Shown here piece by piece: positions 51,127 to 60,841 of a stretch of 64,000 nt of DNA. Location: NCBI GenBank assembly GCA_035063585.1, contig JAPSGB010000009.1, positions 71,975-135,974 on the forward strand, in the 5' to 3' direction. Every line of letters begins with the position of its first letter. Positions within the stretch are counted from its first letter, which is position 1. The translations under genes were made by a program, and so were the position numbers. This DNA comes from Polyangiaceae bacterium. GTDB taxonomy: Bacteria; Myxococcota_A; Polyangia; Polyangiales; Polyangiaceae. The notes under the pieces were generated by a model. The model had not been told where the DNA came from, ran no database searches, and saw only the letters and a program-made list of their open reading frames with translations.

Positions 51127-52678
51127 CCCTTACGCTGACCACGTCGCCGCGCGGTTCCTCGACTTTTTCGGCCGGGCGACCCGCTGGCAGCGCGGACTCT
51201 GGAGTGTAGGGCTAATCCTGACGCTACGCGAGGTTCTCGAAGCGAGCGAGGCGGTTCGTGAGGGTGTTCTGAGTCAGGACGCCCTGAAGTACCTGCTCGA
51301 TCACGCGCGGAGACTCGCCGGCCCGGATCCGGGCGTTGGCGAGGAACCCAGACGGAAATCCCTGCTGGCGTGCCTGGCTGGCGACCTCGCGTACAAGGGG
51401 CACGATTTCCGCGTGCTTCGGCAGACTGTTCCCGAACTCGAAGAAAACTACCTGGATCGGTGGGCCGTGGCGCTGCGACGGTCCGCGCCCCCGACGGGTC
51501 CCGAGCGCGCGGCGCGCGCGATCGCGGCCCACCTGCTCGATGCCGGGCTGCATCCGAACTTTCTCCATCGGTGGATCACCTATCGCATCGCTCGCGAGCC
51601 CGGACAAAGGTCGCTTGCGGACGTCATCGCTGATGCACACGGCCTCGTACGCGCGTCGCCGCGTACCTACGACGTCGTCGTGGCGTTCACTGCGGCGCCC
51701 AAGCCGTTCGACGGTCCCGCTTGGATCGACGCGGCGAGCCTGGCCCAGTGGCTGGATGTGAAAGGGCTGCAGACGCGCAAAGTGCGTCAATACGGGGGCG
51801 TTCGGCTCCGCGTATCCGCGCGCGACCCTTGGTCGGCGGTCGATGACGCTGGCGAGCGCGTCGATCGAATGGCCGCTCTCGGCGCGATCGGCACCCGCGG
51901 AACGCGGCTTGTCGCGCATCCGGTAGCCTGGGTCGAAGGCAAGTCGGGGACGTATCCGCTTCGGTCCCGCCGCCGCGTCGAAGTGCTTGCACTCACTCGT
52001 GAGACGCGCCTTGGGGGCGTCGAGCGTGTCGACATCGTCGATGCCGCACTCGAACTTCTCGGTCCGCTCGACACAGGTCCGGCAGGCCCGGCCGTAGCAA
52101 GTGGGTGGGCTGCCGTCGAGGCCGTCCTCACGATGCCCGGGGATCGCCAGCGCGTGCTTGCCGCGGATCGTCTCGCCTCGCTCGTCGCATGCTCCTGGCC
52201 TCGCGCGGAGCTTACAACGCTCGCGTACGCGCACCAGACAAACGCGAGGGACGAGCTCGCGACCAGGCTTGGCGCGTGCACGGAGAATCGCGAGCGCGCG
52301 GTCTTGACGGCCGAAGCGCTCTCGGCAGGTGAGGCACTGAAGGTTGTGCACGGGTCTGACCAGGCTGCGCGGGATCGAATGACTCGGTTTCTCGCGTCGC
52401 GGCGAACCTGCCTCCTCGACGTCCAGGAGCATGCGACGGCCGCGATCCGGCGACTCTACCGGCAGCGGAATCTCGTCCTACACGGTGGGCGCGTGGGTGC
52501 TGTCGCTCTCCGCGCCGCGCTGCGCACTGCGGCGCCACTGGTGGGCGCGGGGTTCGATCGAATCGCGCACGCCTGGTACGTCAAAGGCGTCGAACCTCGA
52601 GATCTTGCGGCTCGCGCGAGGCTCCGCATCGACCAGGCGGACTTGCCGGGACGGTCGGTGGCCGAACTGCTCGAGTAG
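51113..52678 (+). CDS. HEPN-domain protein (putative RNase toxin/defence effector)
   Basis: C-terminal helical region with RRLYRQRNLVLHGG (RxxxxH) preceded by the WAAVEAVL helix; exact start uncertain. Confidence 0.75.
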   Translation: MLDVNPYADHVAARFLDFFGRATRWQRGLWSVGLILTLREVLEASEAVREGVLSQDALKYLLDHARRLAGPDPGVGEEPRRKSLLACLAGDLAYKGHDFRVLRQTVPELEENYLDRWAVALRRSAPPTGPERAARAIAAHLLDAGLHPNFLHRWITYRIAREPGQRSLADVIADAHGLVRASPRTYDVVVAFTAAPKPFDGPAWIDAASLAQWLDVKGLQTRKVRQYGGVRLRVSARDPWSAVDDAGERVDRMAALGAIGTRGTRLVAHPVAWVEGKSGTYPLRSRRRVEVLALTRETRLGGVERVDIVDAALELLGPLDTGPAGPAVASGWAAVEAVLTMPGDRQRVLAADRLASLVACSWPRAELTTLAYAHQTNARDELATRLGACTENRERAVLTAEALSAGEALKVVHGSDQAARDRMTRFLASRRTCLLDVQEHATAAIRRLYRQRNLVLHGGRVGAVALRAALRTAAPLVGAGFDRIAHAWYVKGVEPRDLAARARLRIDQADLPGRSVAELLE

Positions 52679-52687
52679 GGCGTTGTT

Positions 52688-54820
52688 CTAGAACCCGTAT
52701 TTCTGTTGGCGCAGTTTGAAGGCGTCGATGCCGCCCTCCATGACCTCGGTGATCTCGCCCTTGATGGCGGGAATGTCGATCGCGCCCGTCAGCTTGATCT
52801 TGCCGCCCGACTCGGTCGTGGTCGTCCGGTAGTCGCAGGAGACCACCAGCTCCGCATCGCCGTTGACCACCAGGTTGGCGTTGTGACTTGCGAAGATGAT
52901 CTGACGGTGCGCCTTCGCGTCCCACAGCGTCGCGACGACCTCGCTGATGATCTTCATGTTGAGGTCATCTTCGGGCTGGTCGATTACGAGCGGCGGACCA
53001 TCTTGGAGCAGCAAGATCGAGAGCAGCGCGGTGGCCTGCTGACCGGGCGAGGCATCCTGGAAAGCGATGAAGTCTTCATCTCGAACCCGATACTCGAAGA
53101 TCGGAAGATCCTTCAGGTCGAGCAGCAGGAGCTCCAGCCACGCGCTCGGCTCGAGCTGCCGCGCGAGCGCCATCTTCTCCCTGTTCGTCAGGCCGGCCGC
53201 GTCCAGACGTGGCACGGACGGAAGCGTGGTCGTGGCTTCGTCTTCGATCTTGAGCCACGCCAGTTCCAGCAGGTCGCTGAGCGCGGCGTGCCACGCGTCG
53301 AGCGGCGCCGCGGCGTCGGAGACGGCCTTGAGAAGCGCGTCCGTCTTGGTGCTCGCGATCTTTGTGCCGCGAAAGACCTGCTTCAGGTGTTCAGCAATCG
53401 GCTCGACGTCGGCGGCGCGACGGAGAGTGGCGCGCAGTCTCGTGTTGTCAGTCGCCGACAGTTTCGCGCATTGACCCTCCAGCAGCTCGGCTCTCTTCCC
53501 GAACATCTGGATCCACGCGGTCCGAAGACGTGAGAAGTCCTGCTCCGGAAAGCCGAGGCGATGGATCTGTTCGTTCTTGCTGTCGGTGAACTGGTTGATC
53601 TCCTTCAGCCGCGTCTCGAGGACAGTGATCTGGCGAAGGGTCTCTTCGTGCGCTGCCGCTCGCTTTCGTGCCTCGTCGTACTGTTTGCGGTGCGCGTCGC
53701 GCTTCGCGCGCCAGTCGGTGATGCCCTTGAAAAACGAGCCGAGCGCCTTCGCGGCGATTGGCTCGGTGAACGCGGCCTCCGCCGATCCCAGCGCGGAGCG
53801 CGCATCCTTCGCCCAGGAGTCGAGCGCGACACGGATAGCCTTGAGCGCGTCTGCGTTCTCGGTGGCCACCTTCAGGTCAACTTTGCTCGGGATCCTCGTG
53901 AGTTCCGCGATCGATGATGACAGCGCCGTCTTTGCGTTCTCGGCGTCGCGCTCGAACGTGGCGATGATCCGTTCCTCTGCGTCGTACACACCTTGGCGCG
54001 CGATGATCGCGCGATCCTCGTCCGACAGTCCCTTCAGCGACGCCTTCAGCTTCTCGATGCGCTCGGTCAGCGAGCTGCGTTCGAGTTCGTGGGCCGTAAG
54101 TTCAGCGGTCAGCGCCCGGAAGCGCTGGAGTTTGTCGAACGACGACCGAAGCTCGATCCGTGAGCTCGCGATCTTCTCATCCAGCGCGGCCAGCTCTGCT
54201 CTCACCGGTGCGTGCACGAACCGCCGGAGCTCCTCGATGCGGGCGCCGACGGCGCTGAGTTGCTTCTGGCTATACGCACGGACCGGAAGCAGGTCGCGCA
54301 CGTTCTCCTCGGTGCATGCCTGGAACGCCGCGTCCCCGATCTTCAAGACGAGGTCGCCCGCCGCCTTGCGTCGCACCACATGCGGCACCTCGTCGACGAG
54401 GAACGAGACATCGACCGTCGCTCCGAGAGGGATGAGCGTGTTGTCGATGAGTGCTTGCCGCCTCTTGTTGAAGTCGGCCAGCTCCGTGCCGTTCGTCATG
54501 GCGGGCGGCTGGTCGCACAGCGCCCAGCGGCAGTACTCGAGGATCGTCGACTTCCCCGTGCCACGCCCGCCGATCAGCGCATTGTATTGAGGGTTCAGAT
54601 CGAGCGCGAGCGGACCGAGGAACTTGCTGTTGCTCACCTCCAGCGCGGTGATCCGGACAGAAGGCAGTTTCGGCGGCTGGTGCGCGATGCGGGAGTGTCG
54701 GGCGAGGCATGCCTGACGGAGCGCCTCCGCCGTCGGCTCCGCCCACTTGATCCACGTGACGTGCTTGCCGAGGTCCGCGAAGTCGCGCGAGCGGTTGTCG
54801 GACGTTTGGATCACGGCTAC
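52688..54820 (-). pseudogene. 5'-truncated Ppl/TrlF-type PHP + SMC-like ABC-ATPase
   Basis: QTSDNR..TWIKWAEPTAEALRQA (end of PHP domain), GGRGTGKS, coiled coil, SPGQ, IDQPED, SHN; upstream the frame is antisense to hsdR. Confidence 0.75.
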
Positions 54821-56713
54821 GCCGACTCGAAGGCCCGGCTGCAGCAGCTCCTCGACGCCGATTTCCGTGGGCTGATCATCTCGATGATCCACAAGTTCGA
54901 CGGCATCCGCGAGAGCTCGTGCGCGCGCGACAGCTTCTACGTGCTCATCGACGAGGCGCACCGTTCCACCGGCGGCGATCTCGGCAACTACCTCATGGGC
55001 GCGTTGCCGAGCGCGACGCTCATCGGCTTCACTGGTACGCCGATCGACAAGACCGCGCAGGGGCGCGGTACGTTCAAGACGTTCGGCAAGGAGGACGCCG
55101 GCGGCTACCTCGACAAGTACTCGATCAAGGAGTCGATCGAGGACGGCACAACGCTCCGGTTGCGGCACACGCTCGCTCCTGGCGAGATCAGTTTGCCCGA
55201 CGAGATGCTCGATCAGGAGTTCCTGAGCCTCGCCGAGACCGAGGGCGTGAGCGACATCGACGAGCTGAACCGGATCCTCGACCGCGCCGTACGGTTGAAG
55301 ACGTTTCTCAAGGCCGACGAGCGCGTCGACCGCGTCGCACGCTTCGTCGCCGAGCACTTCAAGGAGAACGTAGACCCGCTCCAGTACAAGGCGTTCCTCG
55401 TCGCCGTCGATCGGGAGGCGTGCGCGAAGTACAAGGAGGCGCTCGACCGCTACCTGCCGCCCGAGTGGTCGGTGCCCGTCTACACGAAGAACTCGCTCGA
55501 CGTGATCGATCGTCCGCTGGTGGCGAAATACCAGATCGACGAGACGCGCGAGAAGGAGGCTCGCAAGGCATTCGCGAAGCCGGGCGAGTTGCCGAAGATC
55601 CTGATCGTTACCGACAAGCTCCTCACGGGCTACGACGCGCCGGTGCTCTACTGCATGTACCTCGACAAGCCGATGCGCGATCATGTGCTGCTCCAGGCCG
55701 TTGCGCGCGTGAACCGGCCCTACGAGGACGACGCGGGGCGGAAGAAGCCGTGCGGGCTCATCATTGACTTCATCGGGATCCTGCGGGAGCTGAACCGAGC
55801 GTTCAGCTTCGACTCGAAGGAAGTCTCGGGCGTCATCGAGGATCTCGACCTGCTCTTCGAGCGATTCCGCGAGCTCATGGGCGAGCCGGCTGCGCGCTAC
55901 CTCGATGCAGGCGACGGCACCCCGGATCAGCAGCTCGAGCGCCAGCTCTACGAAGTCTATTTCGACAAGGATCGCCGCCGCCAGTTCTTCGACTACTTCC
56001 AAGAGGTCGAGACGCTGTACGAGATCCTGTCGCCGGACGCCCAGCTCCGCGAGTACGTCTCGACGTACCAACGCCTCGCGGATTTGTACGCTGTTCTCCG
56101 CAGCGAATACGGCACGCAGGGCGGCGTTACCAGCTACGAGCTCGGCCACAAGACCGAGATGCTGCTCACGCACGAGGCGGTCACGACTGGCGACTATGCC
56201 GCGGGGCGAACGGTCGAATACGACGCGAAGACGCTCGAAACGCTGCACAAGAATGCAAAGACCGACACCGGCAAGGTGATGAACCTGCTCCGCGATCTGC
56301 GGACACGCGCCGAGGCCGAGGCGACGACCACCCCTGCGCTCCGCGGCCTGTTCGAGCGTGCGCAGCGCGTGACCGAGCAGTTTCAGGACCGGCAGCTCTC
56401 GACCGAACAGGCGTTCGACGAAATCCAGAAGCTCATCACCGAGCAGACGAAGGCCCAGGCGGAGCGGAAGAAGCTCGGCATGGATGCCCCCACGTTCGGC
56501 GTGTACTGGTTGCTCGACGAGGCGAAGCTCGCCGGCGCCAAGGAGCTGGCCGTCGAGGTCAGCACCCTCTTCGACCGCTTCCCAAACTACGCCCGGAGCG
56601 CCGACGAGATGCGGCAGCTCAAGGCCGAGATCTACAAGACGCTGCTCAAGGAGGTGTCCGGCAAGCGCATGGTCGAGCTGGGCGACAACATCATCAAGTC
56701 GCGGGGCGTATGA
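54821..56713 (+). pseudogene. hsdR: 5'-truncated type I restriction subunit HsdR
   Basis: IHKF, IDEAHRS, GFTGTPI, YSIKESIEDG, KLLTGYDAP, LLQAVARVNR; nuclease domain and Walker A absent; no hsdM/hsdS in window. Confidence 0.85.
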
Positions 56714-57039
56714 TCCGGGCCGAGCAGCACGTGGCACTCAAGGAGCGCGTGCGCGCCTGGGCCAAACGCGTGCGCGTCGATCCGGCGCAGATCCGCGTCC
56801 AGCGCATGTCGCGGAAGTGGGCGTCGTGCTCGACGCGCGGCTGGTGCACCTTCGCCGCTGACCTGGTTGACGAGCCGGCCCATTTTCAAGACTACGTGAT
56901 CGTGCACGAACTCCTCCACCTGAAGGTGCGCAACCACGGCCGCGTCTTCCGGAGCCTGCTCAGCGCGCACGTGCCGGGGTGGCGCCGGTATTGTCCGACC
57001 GGATTGGGGACGAGCTGTGCGTCGCGGCCGTCGGACTAG
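56710..57039 (+). CDS. M48/YgjP (DUF45)-like metallopeptidase, short form
   Basis: MSRKWASCS, YVIVHELLHL, NHG..F; ATGA overlap with hsdR, its usual neighbour. Confidence 0.85.
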   Translation: MIRAEQHVALKERVRAWAKRVRVDPAQIRVQRMSRKWASCSTRGWCTFAADLVDEPAHFQDYVIVHELLHLKVRNHGRVFRSLLSAHVPGWRRYCPTGLGTSCASRPSD

Positions 57040-57302
57040 ATTCCTGCGGTTTGGATCACGTAGAAGCCACGCGGATGGCGGTAGCCGCGCTCGTGCGCGT
57101 GCGCGACGGCCGAGGCGATGTCTTGGTACCGGTGGCGTGACACGAGGTACCACCGGATTACGTGAACTCCGCAAAGCCAATGCGCCAGCGCGACCGTTCC
57201 GCCGACGCAGTGTGAGCCATCGATCCTGCGCTTCGGCTCCCGGGATACGCCGAAGTAGACTTCACCGAGGTCGTGGTTCACGCCGCGATACACGTAGTGC
57301 AT
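57036..57302 (-). CDS. Small GIY-YIG-like protein
   Basis: HYVY-x10-VYFG-x7-R, later A.AHE; AAGGAG RBS. Confidence 0.65.
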   Translation of the reverse strand: MHYVYRGVNHDLGEVYFGVSREPKRRIDGSHCVGGTVALAHWLCGVHVIRWYLVSRHRYQDIASAVAHAHERGYRHPRGFYVIQTAGI

Positions 57303-57326
57303 GTTGCTCTCTCCTTCCGCGCGCGA

Positions 57327-57797
57327 TTACCGAGCGACGAAGCGCCCTTCGGTGTCGCGGTAGCGGCCGACCCGGGAGTCCCAGCGAACGCGAGGCGCAC
57401 GTCGACGCGAGGTACTCCGGCGTGACCCACCGCCGCTGGCCATGATCGCCAGCAGCGCGGCTAGCGCCGTTGCGGCAACGGCATCGCCGGTGGTGTAGCG
57501 AGGCCTTGCGGTTGGCGTGGGCGTCGGCGGAATTGGCGAGCGCCCAGTCGCCGAGCTCTGTTGGCGTGCTTTCGCCTGCCGCGCGGAAAGAAGTTGCTGG
57601 TCGTGCGCTTTCCGTTTCGCGGGATCGCTCAGGATGTCGTGCGCGGCGACCGCGGCCTTGAAACGCTCGGCCGCAGATACGTCGGTGGGATTGTGGTCCG
57701 GGTGGTGCCGCTTCGCCTTCTCGCGGAACGCGCGCTTGATCTCCTCGGGCGTCGCGGTCTCGGCGATGCCCAGCGTGTCGTAGCAATTCTCCATCAT
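57327..57797 (-). CDS. J-domain (DnaJ) protein with TM helix and Arg-rich tail
   Basis: YDTLGI...IKRAFREKAKRHHPD...ILSDP.KR; hydrophobic AVAATALAALLAIMA; RYRDTEGRF tail. Confidence 0.88.
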   Translation of the reverse strand: MMENCYDTLGIAETATPEEIKRAFREKAKRHHPDHNPTDVSAAERFKAAVAAHDILSDPAKRKAHDQQLLSARQAKARQQSSATGRSPIPPTPTPTARPRYTTGDAVAATALAALLAIMASGGGSRRSTSRRRAPRVRWDSRVGRYRDTEGRFVAR

Positions 57798-58510
57798 GAT
57801 TCGTCCTCGGGGTTGTCGGGTTCGTCGTCCGCGGAGCTGTCGGCGTCGCCGCCAAAGAAGAACGCCAGGCTCGCGACGCCGGCGGCGGCGGCAATGCCCG
57901 ACAGGATCGCGCCGAGTTTGCCGGTGGCCTTTGTCTGACCGAGTTCTCGCTGCAATTCTTCGACGCGCGTCTTCAGTGCCGAAAACTGCGCCAAGGCGCG
58001 CTGCAAAGCGACCTGATAGCGTGCGATCTCCGCCTTGTGCGTGTCGCACTGTCCCTTCAGCGCGCCGAGTTCCGTCGTCGATCGCTCAAGGTCCCTTTCA
58101 GCAGCGGTCGCCCGGTCCTCCGCCAGTCGGCGAAGCCGCTGCTCGTTCTCGAGGTTTTCCGCGAGCGATCGGACTTGTCCGTCAAGCTCACGCGTCTTCG
58201 CCTCGTACTCGATGAGCTTGCCAACGGCGGCCTCGTAGTCGGAACGCCTGACATGGTCGGCCCCGCCGCTCAGGCGAGGCTCGGCGTCCGTGCCAGCGAC
58301 GAGGTCGGCGACGTCGATCTCGAGCGCTGGCGCGAGTGCCTGGAGGGTGTCCAGCGTCGGCGGGCGTTCGTTGCGGACGAGACGGGAGATCAGCGACCGG
58401 TCCACACCGCTGCGTTCGGCGAGCCACGCCTGAGTGGCGTCCTCGCCCAGCGCGGCAAGTCTGTCGCGAAGGCGATCACCGAAGGGCACTGGCGTGGCGT
58501 TGCCATGCAT
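57794..58510 (-). CDS. XRE-family HTH protein with coiled coil and C-terminal TM
   Basis: TQAWLAERSGVDRSLISRLVRNERPPT; heptad-rich middle; LGAILSGIAAAAGVASLAFFF. Confidence 0.82.
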   Translation of the reverse strand: MHGNATPVPFGDRLRDRLAALGEDATQAWLAERSGVDRSLISRLVRNERPPTLDTLQALAPALEIDVADLVAGTDAEPRLSGGADHVRRSDYEAAVGKLIEYEAKTRELDGQVRSLAENLENEQRLRRLAEDRATAAERDLERSTTELGALKGQCDTHKAEIARYQVALQRALAQFSALKTRVEELQRELGQTKATGKLGAILSGIAAAAGVASLAFFFGGDADSSADDEPDNPEDES

Positions 58511-58793
58511 GCCCTAGTTGTAAGTTGTCAGTGGCACCCGTGCAACGCCTCAGAGGGTGACATCTGGCAATGACGGTGTCATCTACCGAGAAAATGCCGC
58601 AAATCCTCCGAAGAATGGAAACATGACGCGCCGGACGGGGCCGCTGGCCCATTGCAACATCGGGCCAGAGCATACCACGGCCGACCGCTCGGCCGCCGAT
58701 ATCCCGCGCTCGCGCTCGTCAGATGGGGTCGACGAGGCTGGCCGAAGATTGCATGGTGAATCGGGAGCAGCCGAAAAGTTTGCGGTCCCGCGC

Positions 58794-59852
58794 TCACGCC
58801 GCTTCGCCCAAGGGGCGATGGACGCAAGGAGATTCGTCAGCCGCCGGACCCGCGGTTCCGGAGCTCCAGGATTTCGCTGGGTTGGCCGGGCCCGGGGAGG
58901 TGTTGTCGTTCGCGGGCTTGTCGCGGGGGACGCCAAGGAGGGGCGCCCGCGCCGGTGTTTCAACGTGAGACACCGGACCCGGGATCATCGCCGACAGCCG
59001 CTCAACCGCGGCGCGGCGACGTTCGTCGACGAGGTGCAAGTAGAACTTCCTCGTGACGTTCACGTCGCTGTGACGGAGCACGTCGGCAGTGGTCGCCAAA
59101 TCGACGCCAGCGCCGAGGAGGTTCGTCGCAAGCGAATGGCGGAGCGTGTGCGGCGTCACGCGCTTGGCCGTGCCGATCGCCGCGCGCCAGCGCGCGAAGA
59201 GATACTGCACGGTGCGCACCGAGAGCCGCGTGCTCCGGTTCGAGACGAAGAGGGCGGACTGGTCGGGACCCACGACGTTGGCGCGCACGGCGAGCCACTC
59301 GCGGAGGAGCGCGACCGTCGGCGTGTTGAGCGGCAGGTCGTGGATCGTCGCGCCCTTGCCCTTCACGCCGATCAGGGTTGCGCTCGCGAAGTCAACCTGG
59401 TCCACGTCGAGCGCGACGAGCTCATGGACACGAAGCCCGAGCGACGCGAGGACCGCGAGGAGTGCGATGTCGCGGGCGCTCTGCAAGCCGCTCCTCGCGC
59501 GCACCGGCGCCTCGAAGAACTGCCGCACCTCCCCGACCGAGAGCACCGAGGGCGAGCGCCTCGGCGACTTCTGGAAGGTGAAGCTTGTGGTCGGGTCGCT
59601 CGGCCACGCGCCGGTGCGCACCGCGAACGCGGCGAGGGCGCGGAGCGCGGCGAGCTCGTGGTTCCAGGTCGATGCGCTGCGTCGGTCGCCGTCAGCGCGG
59701 GGACGGCGAAGGAACCGTTCGACGGCGCCGGGGTCGAGCGGCGCGTCGGGCTGCGCGAGGAATGCCGCGGCGACGCCTGCGTACGATCGCGCGGTGCGCG
59801 GTGCCCGGGTCTGGGCGAGGTCTTCACGGAAGGCGTCGAGGAGGGCGCACAT
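58794..59852 (-). CDS. XerC/D-like tyrosine recombinase
   Basis: RD...GLRVHEL, GKG, HTLRHSLAT, LRHSD...FY catalytic residues; SAM-like N-terminus (PRTARSY), no arm-binding domain. Confidence 0.92.
   Translation of the reverse strand: MCALLDAFREDLAQTRAPRTARSYAGVAAAFLAQPDAPLDPGAVERFLRRPRADGDRRSASTWNHELAALRALAAFAVRTGAWPSDPTTSFTFQKSPRRSPSVLSVGEVRQFFEAPVRARSGLQSARDIALLAVLASLGLRVHELVALDVDQVDFASATLIGVKGKGATIHDLPLNTPTVALLREWLAVRANVVGPDQSALFVSNRSTRLSVRTVQYLFARWRAAIGTAKRVTPHTLRHSLATNLLGAGVDLATTADVLRHSDVNVTRKFYLHLVDERRRAAVERLSAMIPGPVSHVETPARAPLLGVPRDKPANDNTSPGPANPAKSWSSGTAGPAADESPCVHRPLGEAA
58801..58828 (-). repeat. dif-like recombination site A (inside recombinase 3' end)
   Basis: Minus strand CTTGCGTCCAT-CGCCCC-TTGGGCGAAGC; 16 bp identical to site B in inverted orientation. 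Confidence 0.65.
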
Positions 59853-59913
59853 ACGGAGCGCGTGGCTCCATCGTGACGGACATGCACGGCGCGAACGTCT
59901 ACCCTCCGCGACC

Positions 59914-60204
59914 ATGGCGATCGTGTTCGAGACCGGGCTCGGCGCCGCCGGGCGCGTCCACGAGGACCGCCAGGACGCCGACCGGTGGTACGTGGGCATC
60001 TCCGACGACCCGCTCCGGATCCTGGAGGACCACGACGTGGATCCAGCGGGCTCGTACCGATACGCCGAGTGCGCGTCGGTCGAGGTCGCGCGGAGCGCCC
60101 GCGCGCACCTCGTCGCCGCCGGGTATCTCTGCAGCCCCGACGTCGGCGACGAGCACACCGTCTGGGTCTACGTCTACCGCATCACGTCGAGGACCCGGCA
60201 GTAG
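59914..60204 (+). CDS. Small hypothetical protein, possibly permuted GIY-YIG-like
   Basis: WYVGISDDPLR...H near N-terminus, VWVYVY at C-terminus. Confidence 0.55.
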   Translation: MAIVFETGLGAAGRVHEDRQDADRWYVGISDDPLRILEDHDVDPAGSYRYAECASVEVARSARAHLVAAGYLCSPDVGDEHTVWVYVYRITSRTRQ

Positions 60205-60212
60205 CGGGCACG

Positions 60213-60482
60213 TCATGCCGCCTCGTCGAGGCCGCCGTGGCCCCCGAGCAGGCCGAGCCGCCGGAGATCCGCGCCCGTCCAGCGCGTCGCGGCGATCGTG
60301 GCACCGAGCGTCCCCGGCGGGAACGTCGCACCGGGGCGGTGGTACGCGACGACCACGCGGCGCCCGTCCGCGTGCCGGTACACCCGATGGCTGCCCTTGC
60401 CGCCGGTCCAAGCGAAGCCGTCGGCTTCGAGCGCGGCGACCAGCTCGCGGGTTGTGAGCCCGCGGAGCTCGGGTCGGGTCAT
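60213..60482 (-). CDS. hicA: HicA-family toxin
   Basis: RELVAALEADGF...KGSHRVYRH.DGRRVVV..H...GTL. Confidence 0.9.
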   Translation of the reverse strand: MTRPELRGLTTRELVAALEADGFAWTGGKGSHRVYRHADGRRVVVAYHRPGATFPPGTLGATIAATRWTGADLRRLGLLGGHGGLDEAA

Positions 60483-60745
60483 ACCGTGACGGACACCGCG
60501 ATGTGATCGAGGGGCCGGATGCTTTCGGGGAGCGCCTCCCCAGCCGAGACCATGTCCTCGACGTACGCCTCGGCCGCCTCTTGGATGTTCCGGAGCGCGA
60601 TCTCGCGGGTGCCGCCCCAGGTCGCGCAGCCCGGCAGCATCGGGCACGTCGCCGACCAACGGCCGTCGGCTTCCGGCGTCAGTTCGACCGGGAACACGTA
60701 CGTTCGGCTCGCGTCGCGCGTCGCGGCGGGCGTATGGATACGCAT
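60479..60745 (-). CDS. hicB: HicB-family antitoxin (short, no DNA-binding domain)
   Basis: FPVELTPEADGRWSATCPMLPGCATWGGTREIALRNIQEA; ATGA coupling to hicA. Confidence 0.9.
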   Translation of the reverse strand: MRIHTPAATRDASRTYVFPVELTPEADGRWSATCPMLPGCATWGGTREIALRNIQEAAEAYVEDMVSAGEALPESIRPLDHIAVSVTV

Positions 60746-60841
60746 ATACAGCCACGGTGCCGTATCGCGGGCGGAGGCGTCAAGGTGGTGGCGAGCGGCG
60801 CGTTCGGTGGCGCTCACCGCCGCGTGCTGCCATCCTAGCGA

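Noticed and set aside
54212..54820. N-terminal extension of the 833-aa HsdR ORF
   Set aside because: It is the antisense of the ATPase gene and has no HsdR motifs.
52688..56737. 1349-aa ORF as a novel giant fusion ATPase
   Set aside because: The N-terminal ~640 aa are the stop-free antisense of hsdR; recognisable protein only starts near 54,820.
58794..59852. This recombinase as the island's tRNA integrase or as an integron integrase
   Set aside because: It is far from the att end, lacks an arm-binding domain and shows no evident IntI insertion; no attC array was seen.
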